Positions 30,768-43,878 of a stretch of 64,000 nt of DNA are shown here, piece by piece. The stretch lies in the NCBI RefSeq assembly GCF_009914755.1, contig NC_060926.1; one strand, 5' to 3'. The notes under the pieces are model-generated. The model was not told the origin of the DNA. It was given only the letters and a program-made list of their open reading frames with translations, and made no database searches. Numbering within the stretch: position 1 is the first letter of the stretch; every line of letters starts with the position of its first letter. The position numbers and the translations under genes were made by a program. Origin of the DNA: the human T2T-CHM13v2.0 reference genome, Homo sapiens.

Positions 30768-31619
30768 GTAAGGCTCAGGGTCCCCAGCTGCCCTGGAGGC
30801 ATGGGGGGTGGGCCCAGACCCCAGCCAGGACCCCACTGCTGAACCTGCAGCATAGTCAGCTGGGAAGCTCACCATGTCCAACTCATACATGGCATTGGAG
30901 CCAGGAGCAAGGGCCTGGGCAGGACTGAGGCGCCACAGGGCAGCCAGTGCTAGGGCCAGGCTGTAACAGGAGCTGTGACAGGGGCCAGGACAGGGGCTGT
31001 GACAGGGGTGGGGCCAGGGCTGTGACAAGGACAGGGGCTGTAACAGGGGTCAGGACAGAGGGCATGTGACAGGGCCTGGGGCCATGGCTGTGGCCAGGGC
31101 CCGGCCTGGGCTTGTGGCTGGAACTTGGCCAGGCCATGCCTTTCGTCTGGGTCACAGAGACCACATCTGTGACTCAAGAGCCTCGGTGGCCAGAGTTCCT
31201 CGTGGGTGATGTGGGTGATGTGGGTGATGTATGTCAGACTGAGGAGCCCCAGGAGTGGGAACGGAACCTCCCAGAGGTGATCGCAAGGCGGCCAACAGCC
31301 CTGCAGCAGCCGGAAGGCAGCAGATTCCAGCCCTGGCTCTTGTCTCTCAGCCTGGGACCCCACAGCCTCTCATTTCCCCATTTGTAAGGACACGGATCTT
31401 GTCTATCCCACTGGTCCCCAGCCCTTAGAACGTGACAGAGCTCAACAAGTGTTTGCTGAATGAACTAATGAGCAAATGGACAGAAAAGCAGGTGGATGCA
31501 TGAGGGTGAGCAGAGGAAGGGATGGATGGGGAGGGAACAGACAGAGGAGGAATGAATGGGGCAGGGAGGCCAAAGGAGTGAAAAATGAGGAGAGGGATAC
31601 ATGGAGGGGGGAGAGCTCT

Positions 31620-33350
31620 GGAGGGTGGACAGAGGAGAGATGGGTGGAAGAGGAATGGATGAAGAAGGGTGGAAGGAGGAGGGTGGATGGAGGGGAGGTG
31701 GACAGAGGAGAAATAGATGGAGGAAGGTGGATGGAGGAGGAATGGATGGAGGAGGGTGAATGGAGGAGGAATGGATGGAGGAGGGTGAATGGAGGAGGAA
31801 TGGATGGAAGAGGATGGATGAAGGAGGGTGGATGGAGGAGTTGGATGGAGGAGGGTGGGTGGAGAAGGAATGGATGGAGGAGGGTGGATGGAGGAGGAAT
31901 GGATGGAGGAATGGATGGTGGAGGATGGTTGGAGGAGGGCAGATGGAGCAGCAGATGGATGGAGGAGGGTGGATGGAGGAGGAATGGATGGAGGAATGGA
32001 TGGTGGAGGGTGGATGGAGGAGGAATGGATGGAGGAGGGTAGATGGAGGAGGGTGGGTGGAGAAGGTGGATGGAGGAGGAATGGATGGAGGAGGAATGGA
32101 TGGAGGAGGTGGATGGAGAAGGGTGGATGGAAGAGGGTGGACGGAGGAGGGTGGATGGAGGAGGAATGGATGGAAGAGGTGGATGGAGGAGAGTGAATGG
32201 AGGAGGTGGATGGAAAAGAGTGGATGGTGGGAGATGGAGGAGGGTGGATGGAGAAGGGTGGATGGAGGAGGAATGGATGGAAGAGGTGGATGGAGGAGAG
32301 TGAATGGAGGAGGTGGATGGAGAAGGGTGGATGGAAGAGGGTGGATGGAGGAGGGTGGATGGAGGAGGAATGGATGGAGGAGAGTGGTTGGAGGAGGGTG
32401 GATGGAGGAGGAGAGATGGAGGAGGGTGGATAGAGGAGGAATGGATGGAGGAGGAATGGATGGAGGAGGGTGGTTGGAGGAGGATGGATGGAGGAGGGTG
32501 GATGGAGGAGGGGAGATGGAGGAGGGTGGATGGAGGAGGAATGGATGGAGGAGGAATGGATGGAGGAGGGTGGAAGGAAGAGGGTGGATGGAAGAGGACG
32601 GATGGAGGAGAAATGGATGAAAGAGTTGGACGGAGGAGGTGGATGGAGGAGGGTTAATGGAGGAGGAATGGATGGAAGAGGATTGATGGAGGAGGGTGGA
32701 TGGAGGAGGGTTAATGGAGGAGGAGTGGATGGAAGAGGATTGATGGAGGAGGGTGGATGGAGGAGGGTGAATGGAGGAGGAATGAATGGAAGAGGATGGA
32801 TGGAAGAGGGTGAATGGAGGAGAGTGGATGGAAGAGGATGGATGGAGGAGAAGTGGATGAAGGAGTTGGATGGAGGAGGTGGATGGAGGAGGGGAGATGG
32901 AGGAGGGTGGATGGAGGAGGAATGGATGGAGGAGGGTGGATGGAGGAGGGTGGAAGGAAGAGGGTGGATGGAAGAGGATGGATGGAGGAGAAATGGATGA
33001 AAGAGTTGGACGGAGGAGGTGGATGGAGGAGAAATGGATGAAGGAGTTGGATGGAGGAGGTGGATGGAGGAGGGTGAATGGAGGAGGTGGATGAAGGACG
33101 TGGATGAAGGAGTTGGATGGAGGAGGTGGATGGAGGAGGTGGATGGAGGAGGGTAGATGGAGGAGGGGAGGTGGAGGAGAGGAGGTTAGATGAAGGAGGA
33201 ATGGATGGAGGAGGTGGATGGAGGAGGTGGATGGAGGAGGTGGGTGGAGGAGGGGAGATGGAGGAGGTGGATGGAGGAGGTGGATGAAGGAGGAATGGAT
33301 GGAGGAGGTGGATGGAGGAGGTGGATGGAGGAGGGGAGCTGGAGGAGGGG
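31620..33350. repeat. About 1.7-kb purine-rich (GGAT/GGA)n compound repeat
   Basis: Almost C-free strand of GGATGGAGGAG variants. Confidence 0.95.
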
Positions 33351-35126
33351 AGGCCTGGGGCAGTTACTGTGACAAATCCCTCTAACCTAGCTCGGTTTCT
33401 GCCACACCTCTTTTACTGGTCATCCCTTCAGGAAGGTGTTCTGAAATCACCTGGCCCTTCTTTTCGGGTGAGGGGACTGAGGACTGGAAGGTGTCATCGC
33501 CCTCCACCCCCCAAACCCTTTGTCTCCCCAAGGGGTTGCTGTGCCTCCTCTTCTCTGATGTGTCCCCTCAGAGCATCTGGGACCAACTGGGGCAGAGCCA
33601 CAGTCCCCCCCACCCCAGCCCCTGGGGCCTGCTGGACACTTGTCACACTGCCACCACTGGGGCCTCTGTTGGCACTGACGGAAACCCACACCAGTCCTGC
33701 CGTGCTGCACAGGTGGCTCAGGTGGCCTCCGGGGAGCACGGCTCTGCCCTGGTTTTTCCCTGGTGCAGCAGTTTCAGGAACTAGAATTCAGTCACTGTTG
33801 GAAGTCACGTATTTACTAAATGGTGTGCTTGCTAGGCGTCCAGCGGGTCCTGGTTCAGCAGAAGGCTGTCTTTCTGGCTTGGCTGAGAAGGTGGTGGCGC
33901 TCTGCTGGCTTCTGCCACAGAAGATGGTGCTCCATGGCCCACAGCCCAGGAGTGCCGGCTGCCTGGGTCTCCCCACAGCTCCTTCAAGGCCGCTAGGTCA
34001 GCCTTGGCCTTTTTTGGGCCCCTCCCTGCACTTCCTCCCTGGATGGCAGCCGAGATTAGCAGGTGGGGACAGCAGCAGCTCTGCAGGTGTCCCAGCCTCC
34101 ACAAGCCCCTGGCACAAGGGAACAGCCCCGCCCGACCTCCTGGGAGTCCCTGACACTGTTCCCGCCCCAGCCATTCTGGGGTCCCATGCCTGGGCTTTCT
34201 GTCCAAGCAGCGCCTCTGCCTTCTGTCCCCAGACCCCGTGGTAGTGGAGGACGGGTCGTGTTAGGCTCGCCACGTCCTTCCCATCCAGAGTCCCCTCCTG
34301 CCCGCGCCTGGGCGCCCCCTGCCCGGCGCATGAAAACCCAACCCCGGGGCCTTCCCGGCTCCTCAGTCTGCAGCTTCAGGAGCCGGTTTGGGAGCTCGGG
34401 GTAGGGACTGGAGCCTGTCTCCGTCTTCTCCCTCTGGGAGGGTCTGGTGACGGCAGGGGGTGCTCGTCTCTCACCACTGGAGCTGTCCCCTCTTCAGGCC
34501 TCTGAGGGAGGGCAGGCTGTCAGCTGTGGGCTGGGGGAGGCCGTGTGCCTGCTGCAATATTGATGGGAATGCAGTCCGCAGGGGCTGCTCACACTGGCCG
34601 CCTCCGAGCTGGCCTCAGAAGAGGTGGTGAAATCCATCATCTTCCCCATGACAGCACAGCCTGTATCTGCCCCCAGGGGACTCGTGCATTCCAAGAGCAG
34701 CAGCAGCTTGGGGAGCAATGCTGGACAGGAGTGCTGAGACCTGCCCTGTGGGAGGTGCCCCCTCGGTACCTCCTTTGTGTTGGGTCTGTGGGGCCCGCCC
34801 AGCTCGGGCTCTGCTCAGGGTGCTAGGGAAGGCCAGCCCTGACCCTCCCTGGGCCTTGGGGCCCCTCTCCACGCAATGAGGGATGCGGTCTTGAAGGCCA
34901 GGGGCTGCCCTCGAGGCAGGCCCCCTCCCCTCTGCTAGCCAAGGAGCTGGGATCCTGGCTGTGGGGCTCTGAGTGCCCTGTCTGGGCAGGAATGGTGAAT
35001 AGAACCCTCCATGCTCGGGGAGCAGAGCCTCTGGCATCTCCCATGGTGTCCAGGGCTGTCCCACTCACCCCCACCCGCCAGCACTGGTGCTGCCCTTCCT
35101 GGGCATGGGGCACTGGCAAGTTCTGA

Positions 35127-35447
<321 letters not shown>

Positions 35448-38266
35448 TAGAGGAGAAGCTCCTCGAGCACCCAATGAGGCGCCTGCCCTGGTGGGCCCTC
35501 CGGACAGGTGTACTCCCTCCCCTTTGGTCCAGAAAGGTACTAAGACATCTTTATTTTATATATGAGGAAACTGAGGCCCAGAGAAGGTGAGAGGCTTCCT
35601 GGGCACTCTCCTCCCGCTGGGAAGGGTGGCACCCACACAGCCAGTAATGGAATCTCAGCCATGGCAACGGGTGTCCGGCACCCATCCGTGGGCCGTGATT
35701 CTCTCTGACCGGGTGGCATTACAGGCCTGTGACCTGGCTCACCACGATGCTCTCCATGTATAATGCATGCAGCCTCCGCGGTGCTCAAATCTCACCAAAA
35801 ACCAGGGACAGCGACAGCGGTCGGGGCCGTGGGGCCACATGACCACCAGCCTCAGGGCAACTGTCCAATGCTGGGATTCGGGGCAGCACATGTCTAAATG
35901 TTAAGACCCCAACGGACAGGACCCTGACATCTGCGCCTCCAGATCCCTGAGGCTCCATCGTGTCCAGGGCCTTCCTATGGGAGCCAGGGGTGTGGTTACT
36001 CCCGTTGCCGGAGAAACGCCACAGCCAGACTTCTCATCCCTGTTAAACTCAGAGACCATCCTAATACCGAGGGTGGCAGCAGCGTCAAGGTCTGAATGCC
36101 ACTGTCTTGCAGGCCCATGCCAGGTGCTCTCCATAGTCCCTCAAATTTCCAAGAACTCTGATTTACAGGTGAAGAAATGGAGGCTCAGGGGGTGGCGTCC
36201 CGGGCTTCTCGTTGGTGAGGAGTGGAGCAGGGCTGGGCCACAGGGACCTCGAGTAAGGTCCCCCAGGCCACAGATGCTGTGCTGGGGCCAGAGTCCGGTA
36301 GTCCCCTGAGCCCCAGACTAACTTCCACCTCTTTTGTCTTCCCCAGCATAAGAGGGCGGCTGCCATCCTGCCAAGCCCCTCACTCTGCCAGGGGTGGCCC
36401 CTCTCCACTGACAGCAGGTTCCATCTCAGGGAGGGGGCTGAGGGCTCCCAGGCAGGGGCAGAGAGGAGGCGAGAGGCACCATCCCACTCCCGGCTTGGTC
36501 CTGGCTGGGCAGGGGACAGTGCGGGGGCATTGGGGTGGCCTTGCTGTTGAGGGGCCCACTCCAGGCAGGGCTCAGCCCACCTCTGTCGGTGACACCACTT
36601 GTGTCTGGCTTTTCTGGCCGCGTCTGGTCTGGAGTCTGACTCTGCCCTGCTTGAAGCAGCGACGCCAGCCTCTCGCTATGTCTTGAACGTGGACAAAGAC
36701 ACCAGACTCCTGGGTCCAAGACGGAGGACCTTCCTTCAGCACGGCAGGGAGCACACATCATGCTTTGAGGCGTTCCCTTGCCCCCGAGTCCCAGGTGGTG
36801 CGAGTTGGGTCCCGATGGCAGCTGTGCCGCATAGGTCTGTATCTCCTCTGAGGACCGTTGAGTCTGGGGAACACGCCGTTGCTCAGCAGACAGCAAGTCA
36901 GTCCTAGTCCCTCAGTCGCTCCCTGCACACACAGCCCTGAGAAGTGGCCCAGAAAGGACAGCCAGGCTTTGTGTTCTTGGTCTTTCCCTAGAGGCTGACC
37001 TCTGTGGTGTCCCCCACCAAGGAAGCAGCTGTTCAGGGGCACTGGAGGGAGCAAAGACTGAGGTCTCCAGTGAGACTCTCATCCCGGCTCTGCGGCAGCC
37101 CGGCTGTGGGGCTTTGAGAAAGCCCCTTGCCCTCTCTGAGCCTCAATTTCCCCATCTGTGCCCTGGGGGCCGTACCGTAGGTGGGGCTGGGGATTCCTCT
37201 GGGTGGTCTCTCTTCTCATGGGGCCCAGGGATCTCAGGTCCCCTTCCATCTCCCAGAGCATCCCCTCCCCGGCCCCTGCTCTGTGGACAGTTAAAGGTTC
37301 CGTGGTAACAGATCCCACACCCGGCCCAAGCCCGCCTGGCCACCTGACACCTCGGCCTTCAAATATTCATGTGACACCTCCCACTCCTGGGGGCAGCAGC
37401 CTCAGCAGCCCCCGGTGTCCCAGGACAGCTGTGCTCCCTGCACTCTGCAGTTCGCGTCTGAGGGCCTCCGGGGCTGGGGCTGGGCGGTTGCTCCCCAGCC
37501 CACCGCGCACCAGGGTTCCTGGGCTGTGGGCACAGATTCCTGGAAGGAGTGAGGTGCGTGGGGGCCGGGCAGATGGGCTTTCAGACTGTGTTCCCTTCCC
37601 CGTGGCCCAGTGGGGTGAGGGTCCTGGAGGGGAGGTGGCCGAGGGGCCACCCAGCATCCTTGCTGGGAGGCAGCCTGTGCCACCTTGTCCATGAGCAAGG
37701 GAGGCTTAGGGAGGCCAGAGATTTGCTCAGGCAGGGCCAACTTCACTGCAGTCCGGCCCCGGTGCAGCAGGAAAATGGGGGCCCTGCATTCGGAAAGGAG
37801 AACGAATTTGAAGGCAGAGACAGCCGTGCATTCGAGCAAGCTGCAGCATGGGTCCCTCCCCCTCCCACGACGGGCCCTGGGCCCAGGCCACATGTCCAGA
37901 ATCGTGGCCGATTTGAGTGCTCTGCTCTGCCCAGGGCTCTCACTAGCACTGACCCTGGAGCCCTGATGGCCACGTCTGGCTTCCAGTGCCCACTGGAGGG
38001 CAGGGACAAGAGCTTTGGTCTGACAGGCACAGTGGGGGAGGTGCCCAGAGGGACGGTGGCATGCGGCCCTGCTGGCTGGGGACAAGGGCTGCCCATGCCC
38101 TCGGCTGGTGGGCACATTGGGGACCCCATCCTAGTCCACTGCCCTTCCCTCTCCTCACCAGGTTTCTCACTTGGCCATCCACCCACAAGACACTGACAGG
38201 CCCCATGTCAGGGCTGAAGTTCCAGGCGGACCACGGCACAGGAGTCAGGGCAGTCGGGGAGGGGGG

Positions 38267-38620
38267 TGTGCGGGAGAGTGTACGTGCGTGTGTGCAGGAG
38301 AGTACGTGTGTGTGTGTGCAGGAGAGTGTACGTGTGTGTGCAGGAGGGTACATGCGTGTGTGTGCAGGAGAGTGTACGTGCATGTGTGCAGGAGAGTGTA
38401 CATGTGTGTGTGTGCAGGAGAGTACGTGCATGTGTGTGCAGGAGAGTACGTGCATGTGTGCAGGAGAGTACGTGCATGTGTGTGCAGGAGAGTGTACATG
38501 CGTGTGTGCAGGAGAGTACGTGCGTGTGTGTGCAGGAGAGTGTACGTGCATGTGTGCAGGAGAGTACATGCATGTGTGTGCAGGAGAGCATACATGCGTG
38601 TGTGTGCATATGTGTGCACA
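38267..38620. repeat. Minisatellite of 22-26-bp units: GCAGGAGAG plus alternating purine-pyrimidine spacers
   Basis: Repeated tgtgcaggagagt(gt)acgtgcatgtg. Confidence 0.93.
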
Positions 38621-39000
38621 TGTCTTTGTGAGACCACAGGGCGCTGGGCACAGCTGGAAACCAGGCCCTAACCCAGTACCCGGAGCCCCAGAGCTCAGCT
38701 GCCTCCAGAGGGAGCCTGGAAGCTGAGCTTTGAGATGGGGGTGGCCCACCCAATAGAGGTGAAAGTGGGCGGGGAACCAAGGTGGGGTGCCAGGAAGTGA
38801 TGGCACTCAGGCAGGAGATGACCCTGGGACAGAACCCTGATCAAGGACCTGCCCCTCTCCTGCCACCTCCTTACCTGTCCCAGCCCTTCTCAGATGCACA
38901 GGCTCCCCAAGGCTCGTCCACTGGGTGCCCCTGCCCCTGTCTAGGTGAGCAGGGAAGAGCCCACGGGGGTCCCCCACTGACCAGGCCCATTCACCCACAG

Positions 39001-39115
39001 GTGCCCCTGCTGATGACGCCCCCACCACCACCGTTCCCCCCACCTCCACTGTTGGCCACGAGGCGCTCCCTGGAGGATGGAAGAAGAGGAGGCCCAGGGC
39101 CAGGGAACCCCAGCC
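39001..39115 (+). CDS. ESPNL: Espin-like protein exon 6 (proline-rich PPPPPFPPPP)
   Basis: cacAG acceptor, C|GTGAGT donor; espin-type polyproline segment. Confidence 0.93.
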
Positions 39116-39498
39116 GTGAGTGCACAGCCCCAAGTGGGCCACCCAGGGCATGGGCCTGGGAGAGGGTGCCACTGGCCTCCCCTCCGAGGTCCTGGACCGG
39201 TGGGCAAGTCTGCGGGCAGCCGGGCACCCCATCACCCTCCCTCCCCAGTTGCTTCCAGGTTTCCTTGACTGTCTTTGGTGCTTTGGAAACATGAGGATTA
39301 GCATTTTCCGTGGTGGGCACTTACAGCTACAGCAACTTATCCAGGGGTAAAAGCGGGGAGACGGGCCGGTTGGGCCCAGGCCCCTTGTGGATGGGCTGCT
39401 GTCCCTCAGACCCCAGCACACCTCGCATGCATGGGCTAGCAGGGCAAGCAACAGTCCTCACGCTGTGGGCCACCACCATTAGGGGTCTGTGACCAGCT

Positions 39499-39558
39499 TG
39501 GAGTGGAGTGGAGTGGAGTGGAGTGGAGTGGAGTGGAGTGGAGTGGAGTGGAATGGAA
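39499..39558. repeat. (TGGAG)n pentanucleotide ending in TGGAA units
   Basis: Direct reading. Confidence 0.95.
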
Positions 39559-39639
39559 TTATCAACAGGTGCCACAGGTAGTGAGGGCGAGCTTCCTCCA
39601 CGGGCCCTGCTGCGGCCCTGTACTCACATGTGGGAGTGT

Positions 39640-40955
39640 GCTTCTGTGTGTGATTGTGTCTGTGTGTTCTGTGTGTGATACACATAGATACGGGGACCCT
39701 TCTCTGTGTGTGATTGTGTCTGTGTGTGATTGTGTCTGTGTGTATCTGTGTATGTTGTGTCTGTGTCTGTGTGTCTGTGTGATTATGTCTGTGTGTATGT
39801 GTGTGATTGTTCATGTGTGTCTGTGTGTGACTATGTCTATGTGATTGTGTGTCTCTGTGATTGATTGTGTCTGTGTCTGTGTGATTGTGTCTGTGTGCAT
39901 CTGTGTGTGATTGTGTTCGAGTGTGTGATCGTGTCTGTGATTGTGTCTCTCTGTGATTGTGTCTGTGTGTGTCTGTATTGTATGTATGTGTATGGTGATT
40001 GTGTGTTCTGTACATCTGTGTATTGTGTTTGTGTTTCTGTGCATGATTGTGTATCTGTGTGTGATTGTGTCTGTGTGTCTGTATGTGATTGTGTGTGTGA
40101 TTGTGTCTGTGTGTGTCTTTGTGATTGTGTGTCTCTGTATGATTATGCCTGTGTATGTGTGTTTGTGTTTGTGTGTCTGTGTCAGTGTGTGATTGTGTCT
40201 ATGTGATTGTGTGTATCTGTGTGATTGTGTGTCTGTTCTGTCTGTTTCTGTGTGTGATTGTGTCTATGCATCTGTGTGTGATTGTGCCTGTGTGTATCTG
40301 TGTGATTGTGTTTGTGTGTGTCTGTCTGTGATTGTGTCTGTGTGTATCTGTGTGTGATTGTGTCCGTGTCTGTGTGTCTGTTCTGTGTTTCTGTGTGATT
40401 GTGTCTGTGATTGTGTCTGTGTGATTGTGTGTATGTGATTGTGTCTGTGTATGCTTGTGTCTGTGTGTCTCTGCGTATGATTGTGTCTGTGTGTATCTGT
40501 GATTGTGTCTGTGTATCTGTGTGTGATTCTGTGTGATTGTGTTTGTGTATGTCTGTTCTGTGTCTGTGTGTTTCTCTGTGTGTGACTGTATCTGTGTGTG
40601 ATTGTGTCTGCGTGTGTGATTGTGTCTGTATGTCTGTGTGATTGTGTGATTGTGTGTGTATGATCGTGTCTGTGTGTCTGTGATTGTGTGTGTCACTATG
40701 TTATTGTGTGTCTGTGTGTATGTGTGTGATTGTGTCTATCTGTGTGTGATTGTGTATCTGTGTGTGATTGTGTTTGTGTGTCTGTTCTGTGTGTGTTTCT
40801 GTGATTGTATCTGTGTGTATAATTGTGTCTGTGTGTATGATTGTGTCTGTGTCTGTATGTGATGTGATTGTGTCTGTGTCTGTGTGATTGTGTCTGTGTT
40901 GTGTGTATGTGATTGTGTCTGTGCATGTCTGTGTGTGATTGTGTCTGTGCGTGTC
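39640..40955. repeat. About 1.3-kb TG-rich complex repeat (GTGTGTGATTGTGTCT variants)
   Basis: Direct reading. Confidence 0.95.
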
Positions 40956-41372
40956 TGCCTGGCTGTGATGCAGACGTGTTCTTCACTCGAGGTTGACCCT
41001 GAAGTGTGTGTTTTCATCGGGGCAGGGAGCATTGCAGGCAGCAAGGGAACCAGCTTTGGGGCCTGCAGAGCTGCGTTAGGGGCGGCCTCAAGCCCTTCCC
41101 AGCTCCTCCCCTGCTGCAGGAGGGGCCGCGGCGTGGCCCAGCGGTGTGCCGCAGGCTCTCCCATCGACCAGGCGGGGGCGGGCCCCACTGACTCCCCAGA
41201 GAAGGTCCAGTGGGGCCCCCGAGGTGTTCTGGGGCAGGGTGGGCTGGGGTCAGCTCCCAGCTCGCAGATCGTTCAGGAGGTCAGCTCTGCCCCCAGGGCC
41301 GGATCCCCGAGGCTCTGGGTCTCTGCTCCCCAGCCCTTGCCCTTTCTGCAACACCCTTCTTCTTCTTGGCAG

Positions 41373-41485
41373 CCATGTCCCTCAGCCCGGCCTGGCCTGG
41401 CCATCCTGACCAGCCTCTTCCCAGGGAGCAGATGACCAGCCCGGCCCCTCCGAGGATCATCACCAGTGCCACGGCTGACCCCGAG
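41373..41485 (+). CDS. ESPNL: Espin-like protein exon 7
   Basis: Pyrimidine tract + gcAG, GAG|GTTCGT donor; restores frame between exons 6 and 8. Confidence 0.88.
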
Positions 41486-42457
41486 GTTCGTCCTCCACCC
41501 CTGCATTCCTGTCTCCCGGGGCCCCCAGCCAGACTCCATTCCCATCCTCTTAGGGGCCCAGAGAAGCCCCCAGCACAGCCAGGCCTTTCCTGAAGGGTGG
41601 ATGCCAGGCTGCCTGCGTCACTCCGCTGCTCTCGAGAACACCCTGAGTTCTGAAGAGACAGGAATGTCAGGGCGACGGCAGCTGTCCCCCCCACCACAGA
41701 AACACGGGGACCCTTCTCTGTTATCCCAGAGGGCTGCAGTGGCCCAGGCCCCTCTCCCTGACCTCTGAGCTCAGGGGTGCTCCGTGCCCGCTTGGAGTGC
41801 GGAGATCGCAGCAGCCATCCATGGGCAGGGCCCCGCTGCCACCGTCCTCCTCCTCAGGGCCTCGGCCAGCCCAGACCACCAGAAGGGTCCTGCTCCCCCT
41901 TACTCTCACTTTCCTGGGCGCCGGGCCCTTAGAAAGCCAGCCCAGACTTTCCCTGCGTGGTACTGCAGATTCTCAACCATTGAGGTGTTCGGTGGGAGTC
42001 TGGGAAACGCCACGTGGCGCTGCTGCCCGTCGTGGAGAGCTGGAGCGCGCACGGCACATTGAAGGCTCTGACAAGCCCTCCGCGGCACAGGATTGGCTGC
42101 CAGGCTTTGTCTATGTAGCTGTGCCCAGAGCAAGTTTGCCCAGGGATACGGTGCGCTCCGCGAGCATCTGCTGGGCTTGCACAGGGGACGGGGAGGGACC
42201 TCTGGTTTCATTTCTCTGCCGACAATCCCCTCACACACATCTTACCCCGCCCCCTCCAGTCCCTCCCCTCTGAGGCCTCACTCTTAAGCTGGGGATGAGG
42301 GGGTGGGGTGCTGTCCGTGGCCCCCACTGTCCCTCCTCTCAGGGCGCCCTGTTAGCGTGCCCTGGGCGGAGCCAACCCCCCAAGTCCTCTCGGATCTTCC
42401 CTCCACTCAGGGCCTGGGTCCCCTTCGGGCCTGTGTGACCCACCCCCTTCTGCACAG

Positions 42458-42655
42458 GGGACAGAGACGGCGCTGGCGGGGGACACCTCAGATGGCCTGG
42501 CCGCACTACAGCTGGATGGGCTGCCCTCAGGCGACATCGACGGGCTGGTGCCCACGCGGGATGAGCGCGGCCAGCCCATCCCAGAGTGGAAGCGGCAGGT
42601 GATGGTGCGGAAGCTGCAGGCGCGCCTGGGCGCAGAGAGCTCCGCAGAGGCCCAG
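42458..42655 (+). CDS. ESPNL: Espin-like protein exon 8 (actin-binding module homology, [20 protein letters not shown])
   Basis: cacAG acceptor, CAG|GTAGGC donor; [12 protein letters not shown] motif shared with the espin/forked actin-bundling module. Confidence 0.95.
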
Positions 42656-43878
42656 GTAGGCCCCCGGCAGGGGCGGGACCAGTGGGCGGGGCGGGGCCTT
42701 TTCCAGGTAGGTGGAAGTGGAAGTCAGGGCGCCCGAAGCCCAGAACTGAATCCAAGACCCAGGGGCCCCTCTCCTCTGTGGCCTCAGCTGCTGCTTCCGC
42801 CGGAGGATGAAGTGAACCTGACCAGAGGACTCTGAGCAGAGCCCCTTCACCTGCTCTGGAGGCATGGGTCCCACGTATCCTTCCACTTGGCGGATTTGTG
42901 GCACATGCCTGCCTGTGCCAAGCGTTGTTCTAGGCCTTCCTGGGCGCAGCGTCTAGCAGGGAAGACGGTGGCCCATGGGCAGGTGCCGGCAGGTGTGTGG
43001 GGTGCGATTCCCACTGCTGTGGAGAAAGCAAAGCAGTTGGGGGACTATGATATATGGGTGCTTAGGGGGCCCCCTCTGGGGACGTGGCCTTGAGCAGGGG
43101 CCAGAGGGAAGAGAGGGGGAGCCCTGTGGGAATTTGGGGCAAGCACCTCCTAGGCAGAGGGAACAGCCAGTGCAAGGGTCCTGAGGCCGGGCTGGCCGGG
43201 GGAGGAGCAGGAGGAGGCGCCCTGGCATGGAGTGGGCGCCTGAGGTTGGAGAGGAACCTGGCTGGGATTATTGCACCTCTGTGAGGCCGTGGGGAGCCAC
43301 TGAGAATCTGAGCAGAGAAGGGCTGTGATGTGCCTTGGATTTTAACAGGCTCCCCGGGCTGCTGTGCAGACAGGAGTTCAGGAATTATGTCCTCAGAGTC
43401 CTATGATTTTGTCAAGATGATTGAGTTCTGTGCCCCCGGCCCAGCGCTGTGTCCAGCGCAATCCTGCCAGCCACATGCAGCCACTGAAATTCATTACAAT
43501 TTAAGGAAAGTAAAAGTCCTGCCCCTCCGTCGCACCAGCCACCTGTCGTTTCTGTAGCCACAGGTGGCTCCTGGCTGCTGGAATACAGCCTGTCTCCATC
43601 GTCTCAGGACTGTGGGACAGCCCTGTCTGAGGGCCCAGCCTGTCCTTGCCTGTTGGGCTGGGAGCCGTAGGGGCTGAAAGCCACAGGGTTGAGAGCAGAG
43701 CAAGACGGGCAGAGCAGGTCAGGGGCTTCTGCCCTAGCTGGGAAGCCCTTTAAAGTCTTACCTTGGGGCAGGACCAGAGGCTCTGCAGAGATACTGAGAA
43801 CTCAGGGACTTGGAAGCTAGGTGGGCTGATGGTGGGTGGGTGGGCTCACCCTGCTCACCCTGCCCTTCCTGTGCCCAG

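Noticed and set aside
31476-33372. Many W/G/E/M-rich ORFs
   Set aside because: Translations of the GGAT/GGA repeat
39499-39558. TGGAG/TGGAA pentamer resembling satellite III or pathogenic TGGAA expansions
   Set aside because: Only about 12 units, mostly TGGAG; an ordinary STR
37943-41188. His/Thr- and Cys/Val-rich ORFs resembling metal-binding proteins
   Set aside because: Translations of TG/CA-rich repeats
41960-42200. CpG-rich intronic patch with the palindrome CGCCACGTGGCG
   Set aside because: Could be a decayed DNA-transposon fragment or GC-biased drift; neither family nor function can be supported from sequence alone
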